Assembly (NCBI GenBank): GCA_000402515.1
Contig: AQRL01000029.1
Location: forward strand, 1-32,000
Length of the DNA: 32,000 nucleotides
Direction of reading: 5' to 3'
From: Nanoarchaeota archaeon SCGC AAA011-G17
GTDB lineage: Archaea > Nanobdellota > Nanobdellia > SCGC-AAA011-G17
Under the pieces are notes generated by a model. It made no database searches. It worked only from the letters and a program-made list of their open reading frames with translations, and was not told the DNA's origin. Shown here one piece after another: positions 23,721 through 32,000 of the stretch. Numbering within the stretch: position 1 is the stretch's first letter; each line of letters starts with the position of its first letter. The position numbers and the translations under genes were made by a program.

Positions 23721-24278
23721 ATGATAAACAAGGCTGCGCCTGATTTTAAAGGAGATGCATTTGTAGATAACAATATAAAAACGATAAGTTTGGGTGATTA
23801 TAAGGGGAAGTGGGTTGTTCTATTCTTTTATCCTGCAGACTTTACTTTTGTCTGCCCGACTGAACTAGGAGAACTTGCAGATAATTATGAAAAAATAAGG
23901 GAATTAAATGCCGAGATAATAAGTGTAAGCACTGATACTGCTTTTGTGCATAAGGCCTGGCATGACAGTTCGGTTACAATAAAAAAGATAAAATTCCCAA
24001 TGCTGGCAGACCCAAGCGGAAGAATATCCAGGAATTATGGTGTTTATATTGATGAAGAGGGGATTGCATTAAGAGGGACATTTGTAATAGACCCAGACGG
24101 AATAATAAAAGCCTGTGAGATTCATGACAACTCTATCGGCAGAAACTGCGGAGAGATAATAAGGAAAATTCAGGCTGCAAAATATGTTGCAGAGAATAGC
24201 GGAGAAGTCTGCCCTATGAACTGGAAACCCGGAGAAAAAACATTAAAACCAGGAATTGATTTAATCGGAAAAATTTAA
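23721..24278 (+). CDS. ahpC: 2-Cys peroxiredoxin (AhpC/TSA family)
   Basis: GKWVVLFFYPADFTFVCPTE peroxidatic Cys motif. Resolving Cys in EVCPMNWKPG. Confidence 0.95.
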   Translation: MINKAAPDFKGDAFVDNNIKTISLGDYKGKWVVLFFYPADFTFVCPTELGELADNYEKIRELNAEIISVSTDTAFVHKAWHDSSVTIKKIKFPMLADPSGRISRNYGVYIDEEGIALRGTFVIDPDGIIKACEIHDNSIGRNCGEIIRKIQAAKYVAENSGEVCPMNWKPGEKTLKPGIDLIGKI

Positions 24279-24279
24279 T

Positions 24280-24585
24280 ATGGCTGAAAAATTTTCAGAA
24301 GAGATAAAAATTGGACTTGTTAGAAGAAAAGAAACAAATAATTGGGATTTCACCGATAATAAAATAAAAAAGATTTTTAAATTTAAAAATTTTAAAGAGA
24401 ATATGGCGTTTGTTAATAAAATAACAGAGATTGCAGAACAAAAAAACCACCACCCAAACATTTGCATTGACTATAACAAAACAGAGATAACTTTATGGTC
24501 ACATTCTGAAAATAAAGCAACAGAAAAGGATTTTAATCTTTCTAAAGAGATAGATAAGATAAATGAAAGTAATCCCAGTAATTGA
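24280..24585 (+). CDS. phhB: pterin-4a-carbinolamine dehydratase (PCD/DCoH family)
   Basis: FKNFKENMAFVNKITEIAEQKNHHPNICIDYNKTEITLWSH is the PCD signature. Confidence 0.8.
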   Translation: MAEKFSEEIKIGLVRRKETNNWDFTDNKIKKIFKFKNFKENMAFVNKITEIAEQKNHHPNICIDYNKTEITLWSHSENKATEKDFNLSKEIDKINESNPSN

Positions 24586-25210
24586 AACATTAAAGGAATG
24601 GAGCAAGGATTATGGACATCCTACACTAAGAAGGTCTTCTTTAGAGAAAGATCCTTTCAAGACCTTAATCTCCTGCTTATTATCCTTAAGGACACAGGAT
24701 AGAAATACCGAGAAGACAAGCAAGGCGCTATTTTCTGTTGCTAGCACTCCTGAAGAGATTTTAGAATTACCTCAGGAAAAATTAGAGAAATTAATATTTT
24801 CTTCTGGATATTATAAGAATAAAGCAAAAACAATAAAGCATGTTTCTAAAGTAATATTGGAAGAGTATAATGGGAAAGTTCCTTCTGAGCTAGATGAATT
24901 AATGAGCATAAAAGGCATTGGAAGGAAAACAGCTACAATAACAAGGGTATTCGGCTTTGGCATTGCTGACTGCATACCCACAGACATTCATGTTTTTGTT
25001 ATTGCTAATAGGCTAGGATGGGTTAATACTAAAACACCTGAAAAAACTGAAGAAGAGCTAATGAGAATTGTTCCAAAGGAATACTGGTTTGAGATTAATA
25101 CTTTATTTGTTTTATATGGAAAAGAGATTTGCCAGACTAACAGCCCGTTTTGCTCTAAATGCGTTATAAATAAATATTGTCCTAGAATTGGTGTTAAAAG
25201 AAGCAGATAA
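24563..25210 (+). CDS. nth: endonuclease III (DNA glycosylase/AP lyase)
   Basis: HhH-GPD motif LMSIKGIGRKTA, and a C-terminal 4Fe-4S loop CQTNSPFCSKCVINKYC. Confidence 0.9.
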   Translation: MKVIPVIETLKEWSKDYGHPTLRRSSLEKDPFKTLISCLLSLRTQDRNTEKTSKALFSVASTPEEILELPQEKLEKLIFSSGYYKNKAKTIKHVSKVILEEYNGKVPSELDELMSIKGIGRKTATITRVFGFGIADCIPTDIHVFVIANRLGWVNTKTPEKTEEELMRIVPKEYWFEINTLFVLYGKEICQTNSPFCSKCVINKYCPRIGVKRSR

Positions 25211-26155
25211 TTATATTTTAAACAATTTTTTATATTTTGCATATCCTTCTTTTTCCAGATCCCCTTTAGGAATAAAGCGTAATGCAGCAGAATTGATACA
25301 ATAACGCAAACCCGTTGGTTCAGGACCATCATTAAATACATGCCCGAGATGGGAATTTGCTTTTTTGCTCCTTGCTTCTTTTCTTTTTACCAATAATTTT
25401 TTATCTTCTTTTTCTGCAATATTTTTTGGCTCTAATGGCTTTGTAAAACTAGGCCACCCTGTTCCTGAATCATATTTATCTTTTGAACTGAAAAGGGGCT
25501 CTCCGGATACAACATCAACATAAATCCCTTCTCTTCCATTATCCCAATATTCATTATTGAACGGGGTTTCTGTTCCATCTTCCTGTGTTATTCTGTATTG
25601 GATTGGTGTTAATTTCTTTTGGTTATCATCTTTCCACATCTTTTCTATATATCTGTCTCTTCCTGACCCCATTTTATAAAGTTTGTACCTTACTGAATTT
25701 TTTTTATAATATCCCTGATGATATTCTTCTGCTGGATAAAAACTTTTAAACGGCAAAATATCTGTTACAATCGGCTTGTCAAATCTTTTCGAATTTTCAA
25801 GGCCTTTCTTTGATTTTTCTGCTATTTTCTTTTGTTCTTTATTATGATAAAATATTGCTGTTGTGTACTGTTTCCCCTTATCAGCAAATTGCCCCCTGGG
25901 GTCTGTTGGGTCAATCTGTTTCCAGAAAGTATCTAATAATTCTTCATAAGAAACTTTTTTTGGATTATAAATTATTTGTATTGCCTCCCTATACCCTGTT
26001 TCTCCTGAAGATACTTCTTCATATGTGGGATTATCTTCATCTCCTCCAGAATAGCCGGATATTATTTCTATTACTCCTTCAAATTTTTCGAAGGGAGGAA
26101 CCATACACCAGAAACATCCCCCCGAAAAAGTAGCCTTTTCCATTTTAATCACCAA
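25211..26155 (-). CDS. msrAB: bifunctional methionine sulfoxide reductase A/B
   Basis: N-terminal GGCFWC (MsrA). C-terminal SGTGWPSF...[22 protein letters not shown] (MsrB). Confidence 0.95.
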   Translation of the reverse strand: MVIKMEKATFSGGCFWCMVPPFEKFEGVIEIISGYSGGDEDNPTYEEVSSGETGYREAIQIIYNPKKVSYEELLDTFWKQIDPTDPRGQFADKGKQYTTAIFYHNKEQKKIAEKSKKGLENSKRFDKPIVTDILPFKSFYPAEEYHQGYYKKNSVRYKLYKMGSGRDRYIEKMWKDDNQKKLTPIQYRITQEDGTETPFNNEYWDNGREGIYVDVVSGEPLFSSKDKYDSGTGWPSFTKPLEPKNIAEKEDKKLLVKRKEARSKKANSHLGHVFNDGPEPTGLRYCINSAALRFIPKGDLEKEGYAKYKKLFKI

Positions 26156-26157
26156 GA

Positions 26158-26592
26158 TTATTCTAATCTTTCCAGATTATCGATAAGATTTAATATTTTC
26201 TGTTCATGCTGCTTTTCATCCTCTATAAAATGGATGAGCATTACTTTTATTTCCTGCTCTGATACCTGGCTTGAAAAATTAAGATAACTTTTGTATGCCT
26301 GCCTCTCTCTTTTTATATCCAACTCTAGAAATTCCTTTATCTGTTTTAAGCTGTCCTTCCCTTCATATCTTGTTTCTATCTCTGATTCTGATAATGTGAA
26401 ATTAAAATCTGGATTTATCTGCTTGATTTTTTCTATTATTTTTCTTGCATGCTGTATTTCTTCTTTTCTTATATCATTAATAATTTTTCTAATAACAAAA
26501 GCCTTTCTTATACTATTTATCTGTAAAGCATATCTTTTTTCAGCAGCTATTTCCTGCTCCAACACAGAATCCAGTATCTCCAGCGTATTCAT
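26158..26592 (-). CDS. ferritin-like diiron domain protein
   Basis: Two ExxH motifs in predicted helices (EEIQH and EDEKQH), with upstream Glu residues ([10 protein letters not shown] and ERQAYKSY). Confidence 0.65.
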   Translation of the reverse strand: MNTLEILDSVLEQEIAAEKRYALQINSIRKAFVIRKIINDIRKEEIQHARKIIEKIKQINPDFNFTLSESEIETRYEGKDSLKQIKEFLELDIKRERQAYKSYLNFSSQVSEQEIKVMLIHFIEDEKQHEQKILNLIDNLERLE

Positions 26593-26644
26593 AATTTCTT
26601 TTAGTTTTGGCTGTATTTAAGTTTTTTCAGTCTTATCATCTTTG

Positions 26645-26926
26645 TTACCAAAATTTTAGTTTTAATATAGCCTTAGCAAGCTTGTATGCTCTAGATTTTT
26701 CATAATCTTCTTTTATATGGTAAAGATATTCTTGAACCCCTTCTTTACCAAATTTCTCTTCAATAGAATGGAGAAATATCGGTATTTTTAGAATACTATG
26801 CCTCTCTTCTTTCTCTTTTTTAGTAGAATGAAACCCTTCTATCCATTCATGCAGTTCTTTGTATTCTTTTCCTGTTCTCTTTAAACTTAGTCTAAAGTGT
26901 TCATTAATAGTTGGCATTTTATACAT
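26645..26926 (-). CDS. hypothetical protein
   Basis: 93-aa ORF with a TAATG overlap with the ferredoxin gene upstream, which suggests translational coupling. Confidence 0.55.
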   Translation of the reverse strand: MYKMPTINEHFRLSLKRTGKEYKELHEWIEGFHSTKKEKEERHSILKIPIFLHSIEEKFGKEGVQEYLYHIKEDYEKSRAYKLAKAILKLKFW

Positions 26927-27120
26927 TATTTCTCTATTTTTATAGCATTTACAGGGCAGATATCTTCTGCCTCTTTATTGCTCTTTAACTCATTTTCAGA
27001 AATTTCTAATTTTTTTGGCTTGACTTTGTCCCCATCCCTAATCCAATTATCACAAACAGATGTGCAGGCTTGACAACCTATACATACCTCTCTATCAAAC
27101 TTTATTTTAAATTTCTTCAT
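26926..27120 (-). CDS. 4Fe-4S ferredoxin
   Basis: CIGCQACTSVC plus CPVNAI cluster motifs, 64 aa. Confidence 0.85.
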   Translation of the reverse strand: MKKFKIKFDREVCIGCQACTSVCDNWIRDGDKVKPKKLEISENELKSNKEAEDICPVNAIKIEK

Positions 27121-27231
27121 TCATACCACCTAAACTTTTGGAGTAAAACAGCAATAACCTATCTTGTCACATTCTTTTTTAATGTCATTCCATCTTTCTT
27201 TTTTCAAATTCTCTTTGAAATCTTTTATCAA

Positions 27232-28038
27232 TTAACTTCGTATTGTTCCGTCTATACCAACAACAATTTTTTTTAGTGTAATTCTTTTTCCTGTTTCACT
27301 TAGGGCATCCTCTGTAATCTTATACAAACTAAAACAGCAAGGAACCTCCATTATTGCCACTGTTATTGTGCTTAAATTATTCATTTCAATAATAGATTTT
27401 ATTTTTTCTTTATACTTTTCTATATTATCAAGTTTCGGACATCCAATAGCTATTGCTTTCCCCCTTAATAACTTAGAATGGAAATTTGGATTAGCAAAGG
27501 CGGTGCAGTCTGCTGCTATTAACAAATTAGCATCATTAAAAAAGGGTGCTGTTGGAGGTAAAAGATTTAATTGTATTGGCCATTGCCTTAATTCTGTTTC
27601 CTGTTCTACTGAAATGTTATTTGTTTTGCTTCTTAAGTCTTGAAGTGCTGCCCCTGGACAACCCGAATGTTGCATGGGTTTCACCTCCGGAATTTTTATA
27701 TTATTTTTTTTAAGAACATTTATGGCTTCATTATAATATTTTGTTTCATTATGATCAAGAAGGTGCTGTAAATGGGCTTTTATTGTATTTGGGCCGTGTT
27801 TGATAATATTCTGCATTGTTTTTGTTTCATCATATGGTTCTGCTTCCCTTTCTATTATTGTGATAGCATCTTCAGGACAATGATTAATACATGCTCCTAA
27901 ACCATCACAGAATAAATCACTTATCAATCTTGCTTTATTATCTATTATTTGGATAGCTCCCTCTGGACAGTTTGGAATACATAAAGTACAACCATTGCAT
28001 TTATCTTCATCAATCTCTATTATTTGTCTTTTTGCCAT
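27232..28038 (-). CDS. 4Fe-4S dicluster domain protein with a C-terminal Cys-containing domain
   Basis: CNGCTLCIPNCPEGAI and CDGLGACINHCPEDAI at the N-terminus. Further Cys motifs (GCPGA, ADCTAF, GCPKL and VPCCF). Confidence 0.85.
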   Translation of the reverse strand: MAKRQIIEIDEDKCNGCTLCIPNCPEGAIQIIDNKARLISDLFCDGLGACINHCPEDAITIIEREAEPYDETKTMQNIIKHGPNTIKAHLQHLLDHNETKYYNEAINVLKKNNIKIPEVKPMQHSGCPGAALQDLRSKTNNISVEQETELRQWPIQLNLLPPTAPFFNDANLLIAADCTAFANPNFHSKLLRGKAIAIGCPKLDNIEKYKEKIKSIIEMNNLSTITVAIMEVPCCFSLYKITEDALSETGKRITLKKIVVGIDGTIRS

Positions 28039-28601
28039 TTTTCAAATTCGTTTGCAAGTTCTAAATATTTTTCTTTTGTTCCTTTTGTAAATCTTTTAGA
28101 CTCTGCTTCTTTAAATTTCTTAAGCATTGATTTCTTTTTTTCTTCATTTAATGCCTCATCAGCCATAGGATAAAGAATATTATCTTCCTTGGATATATGA
28201 TCCTGCAATAATTGTGTGTACCCTCTTGCATTCTCCAAAACTTTCTTTTTATTATTTTCTTTTAGTGCTTGTTCTATGCCCTTTACAAAATTTCTTCCAA
28301 GGTCATGCTCATATCTCATTTGTTCTGTTGGATTGCAATGCATATTTACATCATCTTTACATAATTCCTTGAATAAAATGTCTTCTTCTTTTGCATGATG
28401 AAACTTATCTGCATAATTTCTTATAAAATCAATAGCTCTCTCAAAGAAATTTTTATCAATACTTTTTCCTTTCTCTAGAGCGTCACATTCCCTGTTTAAT
28501 GCACCAATAACCTTAAGAATAAATTGATGCTCTTCTGATAATATTTTTGTTGGTTCTTGCATTTTTTTATTGTATGGATTATAGGTCATACATTGTTCCA
28601 T
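28020..28601 (-). CDS. hemerythrin HHE cation-binding domain protein
   Basis: LSEEHQFIL, FHHAKEEDILF, RYEHDLG and LQDHISKEDNILYP. The start is ambiguous, with Met codons at 28601, 28589 and 28562. Confidence 0.85.
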   Translation of the reverse strand: MEQCMTYNPYNKKMQEPTKILSEEHQFILKVIGALNRECDALEKGKSIDKNFFERAIDFIRNYADKFHHAKEEDILFKELCKDDVNMHCNPTEQMRYEHDLGRNFVKGIEQALKENNKKKVLENARGYTQLLQDHISKEDNILYPMADEALNEEKKKSMLKKFKEAESKRFTKGTKEKYLELANEFEKWQKDK

Positions 28602-28830
28602 TATACTTGTAATTTTGTCTCATTTGTTCAATTACTCCATCAATCCCGCTGAAAAATATTTCACTTTGTGTTCCATCATTTCTTCTGTAAAGACCATTTT
28701 TTACTAATCCAATTGTGGCATATCCTGTGTCTAATGAAACTGTTGAATTACAATCCAAACACACCGATATTTTGTTTTCATTGCTATCTTTTAGTTTTAC
28801 AAGCTTATGTTGACATTTTTCTTGGGACAT
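28579..28830 (-). CDS. hypothetical protein
   Basis: 83-aa first ORF of the minus-strand redox operon, with AGAGG upstream. Contains C..H......CLDC. Confidence 0.5.
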   Translation of the reverse strand: MSQEKCQHKLVKLKDSNENKISVCLDCNSTVSLDTGYATIGLVKNGLYRRNDGTQSEIFFSGIDGVIEQMRQNYKYNGTMYDL

Positions 28831-28951
28831 TTTAGCCTCTTTTTAATTTTTTAAATTTTTATTAGCTTGTATAGTTCTTTCTTTTTATCGCCATAGTATC
28901 TTTTTTATAGCAAGCAGTTATTTAAATAGGTTAGAGTTTCTAATAATATAC

Positions 28952-29530
28952 CTAAGAATAAATATAGTTTAACCCTTTTTTCACTGTTGTTTTTATTTTT
29001 TTTATTTGTTTCTCTGTTAGATTAGTGGCGTTTCCTATTTTATATACCTTAGATTTTATTCCACAGAAACCAAGAATCTCTTTTTTTATTATTTTTCTTG
29101 CTCTGTCCCCCATGAAAAAATAGGATAATATATTGGGAGAGCTTAGAGTTATGAAAACTAATGCCTTTTTTCCTTTTAATAGTTTTATTGGGATTCTTCC
29201 TTTAAAATAATATGCAAAATGTGGCGTCAATATCCTGTCAAAGAAGCCTTTTAAAACAGCAGGCATAGTGTTCCACCAGACAGGATAGATAAAGATAAAT
29301 TTATCTGTTTGTTTTATTTTTTCCTGTATTTCTTTGTTTTGTTTTGTAATGTGAAAATTGCCTGCAGTATAATGCTCATTTTCATGCAGTATTGGATCAT
29401 ATTTTATCTTGTATAAATCAATTAATTCATATTCAATATTCTTAGAATCAAGATTAGTTTGAACCTCTTTGAGGATAGTAGAGCAATGCCCAATTGTATT
29501 TGGATGAGCGTATATTATTAAAATTTTCAT
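28952..29530 (-). CDS. flavodoxin-like fold NAD(P)H dehydrogenase (quinone) / FMN reductase
   Basis: MKILIIYAHPN...S and YPVWWNTMPAVLKGFFDR are typical of the NQO1/KefF/MdaB-like family. Confidence 0.85.
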   Translation of the reverse strand: MKILIIYAHPNTIGHCSTILKEVQTNLDSKNIEYELIDLYKIKYDPILHENEHYTAGNFHITKQNKEIQEKIKQTDKFIFIYPVWWNTMPAVLKGFFDRILTPHFAYYFKGRIPIKLLKGKKALVFITLSSPNILSYFFMGDRARKIIKKEILGFCGIKSKVYKIGNATNLTEKQIKKIKTTVKKGLNYIYS

Positions 29531-29539
29531 AATAAAGAT

Positions 29540-29899
29540 TTATGGTTTGTGAGGCCATTTTACAGAGCCATAGCCTATTAATATTAAAAATGCTGCAAAG
29601 AAGAGCAATGCTGGCTCTCCTTTGTTGGTAATGGGATTTAATCCAGCTGGAAAATGAACCATGAAATATGCCACAAGCATCTCTATTGCACCCAACAAAG
29701 CAGCCCATCTTACTAAAATACCTGTAATGAGCGCAATTCCGACTATGATTTCAATTGTTCCTGCAAGGCCCATCAAACTCATTATATTTATAGAACTGCT
29801 AAATTTCTGAATGCCATGCATAAAGAATAAAATACCTATTAAGATGCGAAATACAAAATAGAGATAACCACGGTATTTTACTATTAATTCATTTTTCAT
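29540..29899 (-). CDS. DoxX family membrane protein
   Basis: ILIGILFFMHGIQKF and four TM helices, 119 aa. Confidence 0.8.
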   Translation of the reverse strand: MKNELIVKYRGYLYFVFRILIGILFFMHGIQKFSSSINIMSLMGLAGTIEIIVGIALITGILVRWAALLGAIEMLVAYFMVHFPAGLNPITNKGEPALLFFAAFLILIGYGSVKWPHKP

Positions 29900-29953
29900 G
29901 ACTGAGTATAAAAAAGATACCTATATAAGGTTTTAGGTTTCTAAAAGTATATT

Positions 29954-30313
29954 ATGAATAAAGATTGTGCTGTATATAAAACTGTGGATTTTATCGGCAA
30001 GAGATGGACTCTACTTATCTTGCTTGAGTTGTATAAAGGGGATAATAAGTGGAAGAGATATTCTGAGATAAAAAACAGGCTAGATGGAATTACACCAAAA
30101 ATATTATCTATGAGATTAAAAGAATTAAAAAAAAATAGACTAATAGAAAATAGAATTGATGTAAAACAGTTTCCGATAAAAAGCGAGTATTCCTTAACCA
30201 TGAGCGGGGAGGATTTTATCAGTATTATTAAGGACATAAAGAAGTGGAGTTTGAAGTGGAAAGGAAACAATAGGCTGTGCGAAGAAAAAGACTGTAAAAT
30301 ATGCAGTTTATAA
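29954..30313 (+). CDS. HxlR family transcriptional regulator
   Basis: [22 protein letters not shown]...[30 protein letters not shown]. Divergent from the DoxX/quinone reductase pair. Confidence 0.9.
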   Translation: MNKDCAVYKTVDFIGKRWTLLILLELYKGDNKWKRYSEIKNRLDGITPKILSMRLKELKKNRLIENRIDVKQFPIKSEYSLTMSGEDFISIIKDIKKWSLKWKGNNRLCEEKDCKICSL

Positions 30314-32000
30314 TTTTTTTCTTCTTAATAAATTAGCATTACCAACAACAGTTATTGAGGATAAAGCCATTGCTAATTCTGCAATTGCTGGATGCAAGAA
30401 ACCTGCAATAGCTACTGGAATTGCAATTGTATTATATGCAAATGCCCAGAACAAATTCTGCTTTATTTTTCCAAAGGTTGCCTTGGATAGATTAATGGCT
30501 TGAACAACCCCCTCAAGAGAGCCTTTAGCAAGGACTATATCCCCAGATTCTATTGCAATGTCTGTTCCTGTTCCCATTGCTATACCAACATTTGATTGTT
30601 TTAAGGCTGGAGCATCATTAATTCCGTCACCAACAAAGGCAACCATCCCTTTTTTCTGTAATTCTTCTACTTTCTTTGATTTGTCTTCAGGCAACACGTT
30701 TGCCATTACCTCTTTTATCCCAACTTCTTTGGCAATTGCTTTTGCTGTTCTTTCATTATCCCCAGTAATCATAATAACTTCCAATTTCATGTCTTTTAAT
30801 TGTTTTATTGCTTTCTTAGAGTCATCTTTTACAGCATCTGCAACACCAATTATCCCTATTGCTTTAGAATTTTCAGAAACTATCATTGTTGTTAATCCAT
30901 TTGATTCAAATTCATTAATCTTTTTTGTGAATTTTTCTAGTGGAATTTTTATGTCCTGCATAAGTTTTGTGTTTCCTATTGCTACTCTTTTTGCCTCTAT
31001 CTTTCCTTCAATTCCTCTTCCCCCCAATGTTTTAAATTCTCTAACTGATTTGTATTTTTTCAGATTTGCTTCTTCCACTATTGCTCTTGCAATTGGATGC
31101 TGTGATAGTTTTTCAAGGCTTGCTGCAATTTCCAAAAGATGCTGTTTATTTTCAGAAAAAATTTCTTTTACTTCCGGCTTTCCTTTTGTTATTGTCCCGG
31201 TTTTGTCAAGAATAATGTATTTTATCTCCTTCATTGTCTGGATTGCTTCTCCTTTTCTTATCAAAATGCCATTCTTAGCCCCCATTCCGCTTCCAACCAT
31301 CAGTGCTGTTGGTGTTGCTAATCCCAAAGCACATGGGCATGCTATAACTAATACAGATATTGCTGCTGCAAGGGAGTTAGCAATATTGCTTGTAAAATAA
31401 ATCCATCCTAAAAATGTCAGTAAGGTAATAACAAGGACAGATGGAACAAATATATTAGTTACTCTATCTGCAAACTCCTGGATTGGAATTTTACTTCCCT
31501 GAGCTTCCTCAACTAGTTTTATAATATGCGCAAGGAAGGTGTCTTTTCCAATTTTTGTTGCTTTTATATATAAGATTCCGTCCTGATTTACAGTAGCCCC
31601 TATAACATTACTGTTTTTTGATTTCTCTACAGGAATGCTCTCTCCTGTTACCATAGATTCATCTACACTGCTCTCTCCCTTTACAACTATTCCATCTGTT
31701 GGTATTTTTTCCCCCGGCTTTACAATTAGAATATCCCCTAATTTAATCTCTGAGATATCAATGGTAATTTCTTTGTTATTCCTAAGAACTGTTGCTTTTT
31801 TTGCCCCTAATTCAAGTAATTTTCTTATCTCTTCTCCTGCTTTTCCTCTTGCTTTTGCCTCAATGTATTTTCCTGTCAGGAATATTGCCATAATCATTGC
31901 AGCAACACCAGAATAGTCTTTGACCGGCAAAAAGAAAGTAGCGATTCCAGATAAATATGCAATTATGGTGCCCAATGAGATAAGAAGGTCCATGTTGAAA
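30308..32000 (-). CDS. copA: copper-translocating P1B-type ATPase (5' end outside the window)
   Basis: [26 protein letters not shown] and [10 protein letters not shown], plus the Cu(I)-type TM motifs YNTIAIP and MALSS. The frame stays open to the window edge (..[10 protein letters not shown]). Confidence 0.93.
   Translation of the reverse strand, partial: FNMDLLISLGTIIAYLSGIATFFLPVKDYSGVAAMIMAIFLTGKYIEAKARGKAGEEIRKLLELGAKKATVLRNNKEITIDISEIKLGDILIVKPGEKIPTDGIVVKGESSVDESMVTGESIPVEKSKNSNVIGATVNQDGILYIKATKIGKDTFLAHIIKLVEEAQGSKIPIQEFADRVTNIFVPSVLVITLLTFLGWIYFTSNIANSLAAAISVLVIACPCALGLATPTALMVGSGMGAKNGILIRKGEAIQTMKEIKYIILDKTGTITKGKPEVKEIFSENKQHLLEIAASLEKLSQHPIARAIVEEANLKKYKSVREFKTLGGRGIEGKIEAKRVAIGNTKLMQDIKIPLEKFTKKINEFESNGLTTMIVSENSKAIGIIGVADAVKDDSKKAIKQLKDMKLEVIMITGDNERTAKAIAKEVGIKEVMANVLPEDKSKKVEELQKKGMVAFVGDGINDAPALKQSNVGIAMGTGTDIAIESGDIVLAKGSLEGVVQAINLSKATFGKIKQNLFWAFAYNTIAIPVAIAGFLHPAIAELAMALSSITVVGNANLLRRKKL

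Noticed and set aside
29454-29708. 84-aa minus-strand ORF spanning the quinone reductase / DoxX junction.
   Set aside because: It overlaps two well-supported genes in another frame and has no start context.
30558-31400. 280-aa plus-strand ORF antisense to copA.
   Set aside because: It is a shadow ORF within a P-type ATPase gene that shows all canonical motifs on the other strand.
1-32000. Search by eye for CRISPR arrays, IS elements or transposases, integrases, and recoded stop codons (Sec/Pyl) in Prx and MsrB.
   Set aside because: I saw no regularly spaced direct repeats and no DDE or tyrosine-recombinase-like ORFs. All redox genes are intact without in-frame stops.

Overview
This is a visibly AT-rich archaeal chromosome segment. 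L7Ae, S28e, L24e, S6e, aIF5B and aIF2-gamma are all present. Tight gene packing and many tiny ORFs suggest a small-genome, DPANN-like archaeon, but that is inference.

Block 1 (1-5.9 kb) holds housekeeping and surface genes: a dPGM-like phosphatase, a surface protein with a duplicated Cys-rich module, archaeal GluRS, a Dph6-like ligase and a divergent ureohydrolase-fold protein.

Block 2 (6.0-18.3 kb) is the conserved archaeal string rpl7ae-rps28e-rpl24e-ndk-infB-rps6e-eif2g. It is disrupted twice:
- A 2.2-kb opposite-strand cassette of orphan genes sits between rpl24e and ndk. It includes a secreted protein that looks like a bacterial 8-stranded outer-membrane beta-barrel, and a conspicuously GC-rich structured element.
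- A 1.4-kb run of tiny orphan ORFs sits between rps6e and eif2g.

Both paralogous GTPases, aIF5B and aIF2-gamma, carry a large LAGLIDADG intein at the identical P-loop position (GHVDHGK|T).

Block 3 (18.3-32 kb) holds a small wHTH protein, an S2P protease and a TPR gene flanked by 24-bp direct repeats. It continues with an 11.6-kb metal and oxidative-stress island: ZIP transporter, Fur-family regulator with a perfect 9-1-9 palindrome, nitroreductase, SOD, a CuA-type cupredoxin lipoprotein, peroxiredoxin, PCD, Nth, MsrAB, ferritin-like, ferredoxins, hemerythrin, flavodoxin-like quinone reductase, DoxX, HxlR and a partial CopA.

I recognised no CRISPR array, transposase, integrase or tRNA. All functional calls come from motif recognition by eye; no database search was run.
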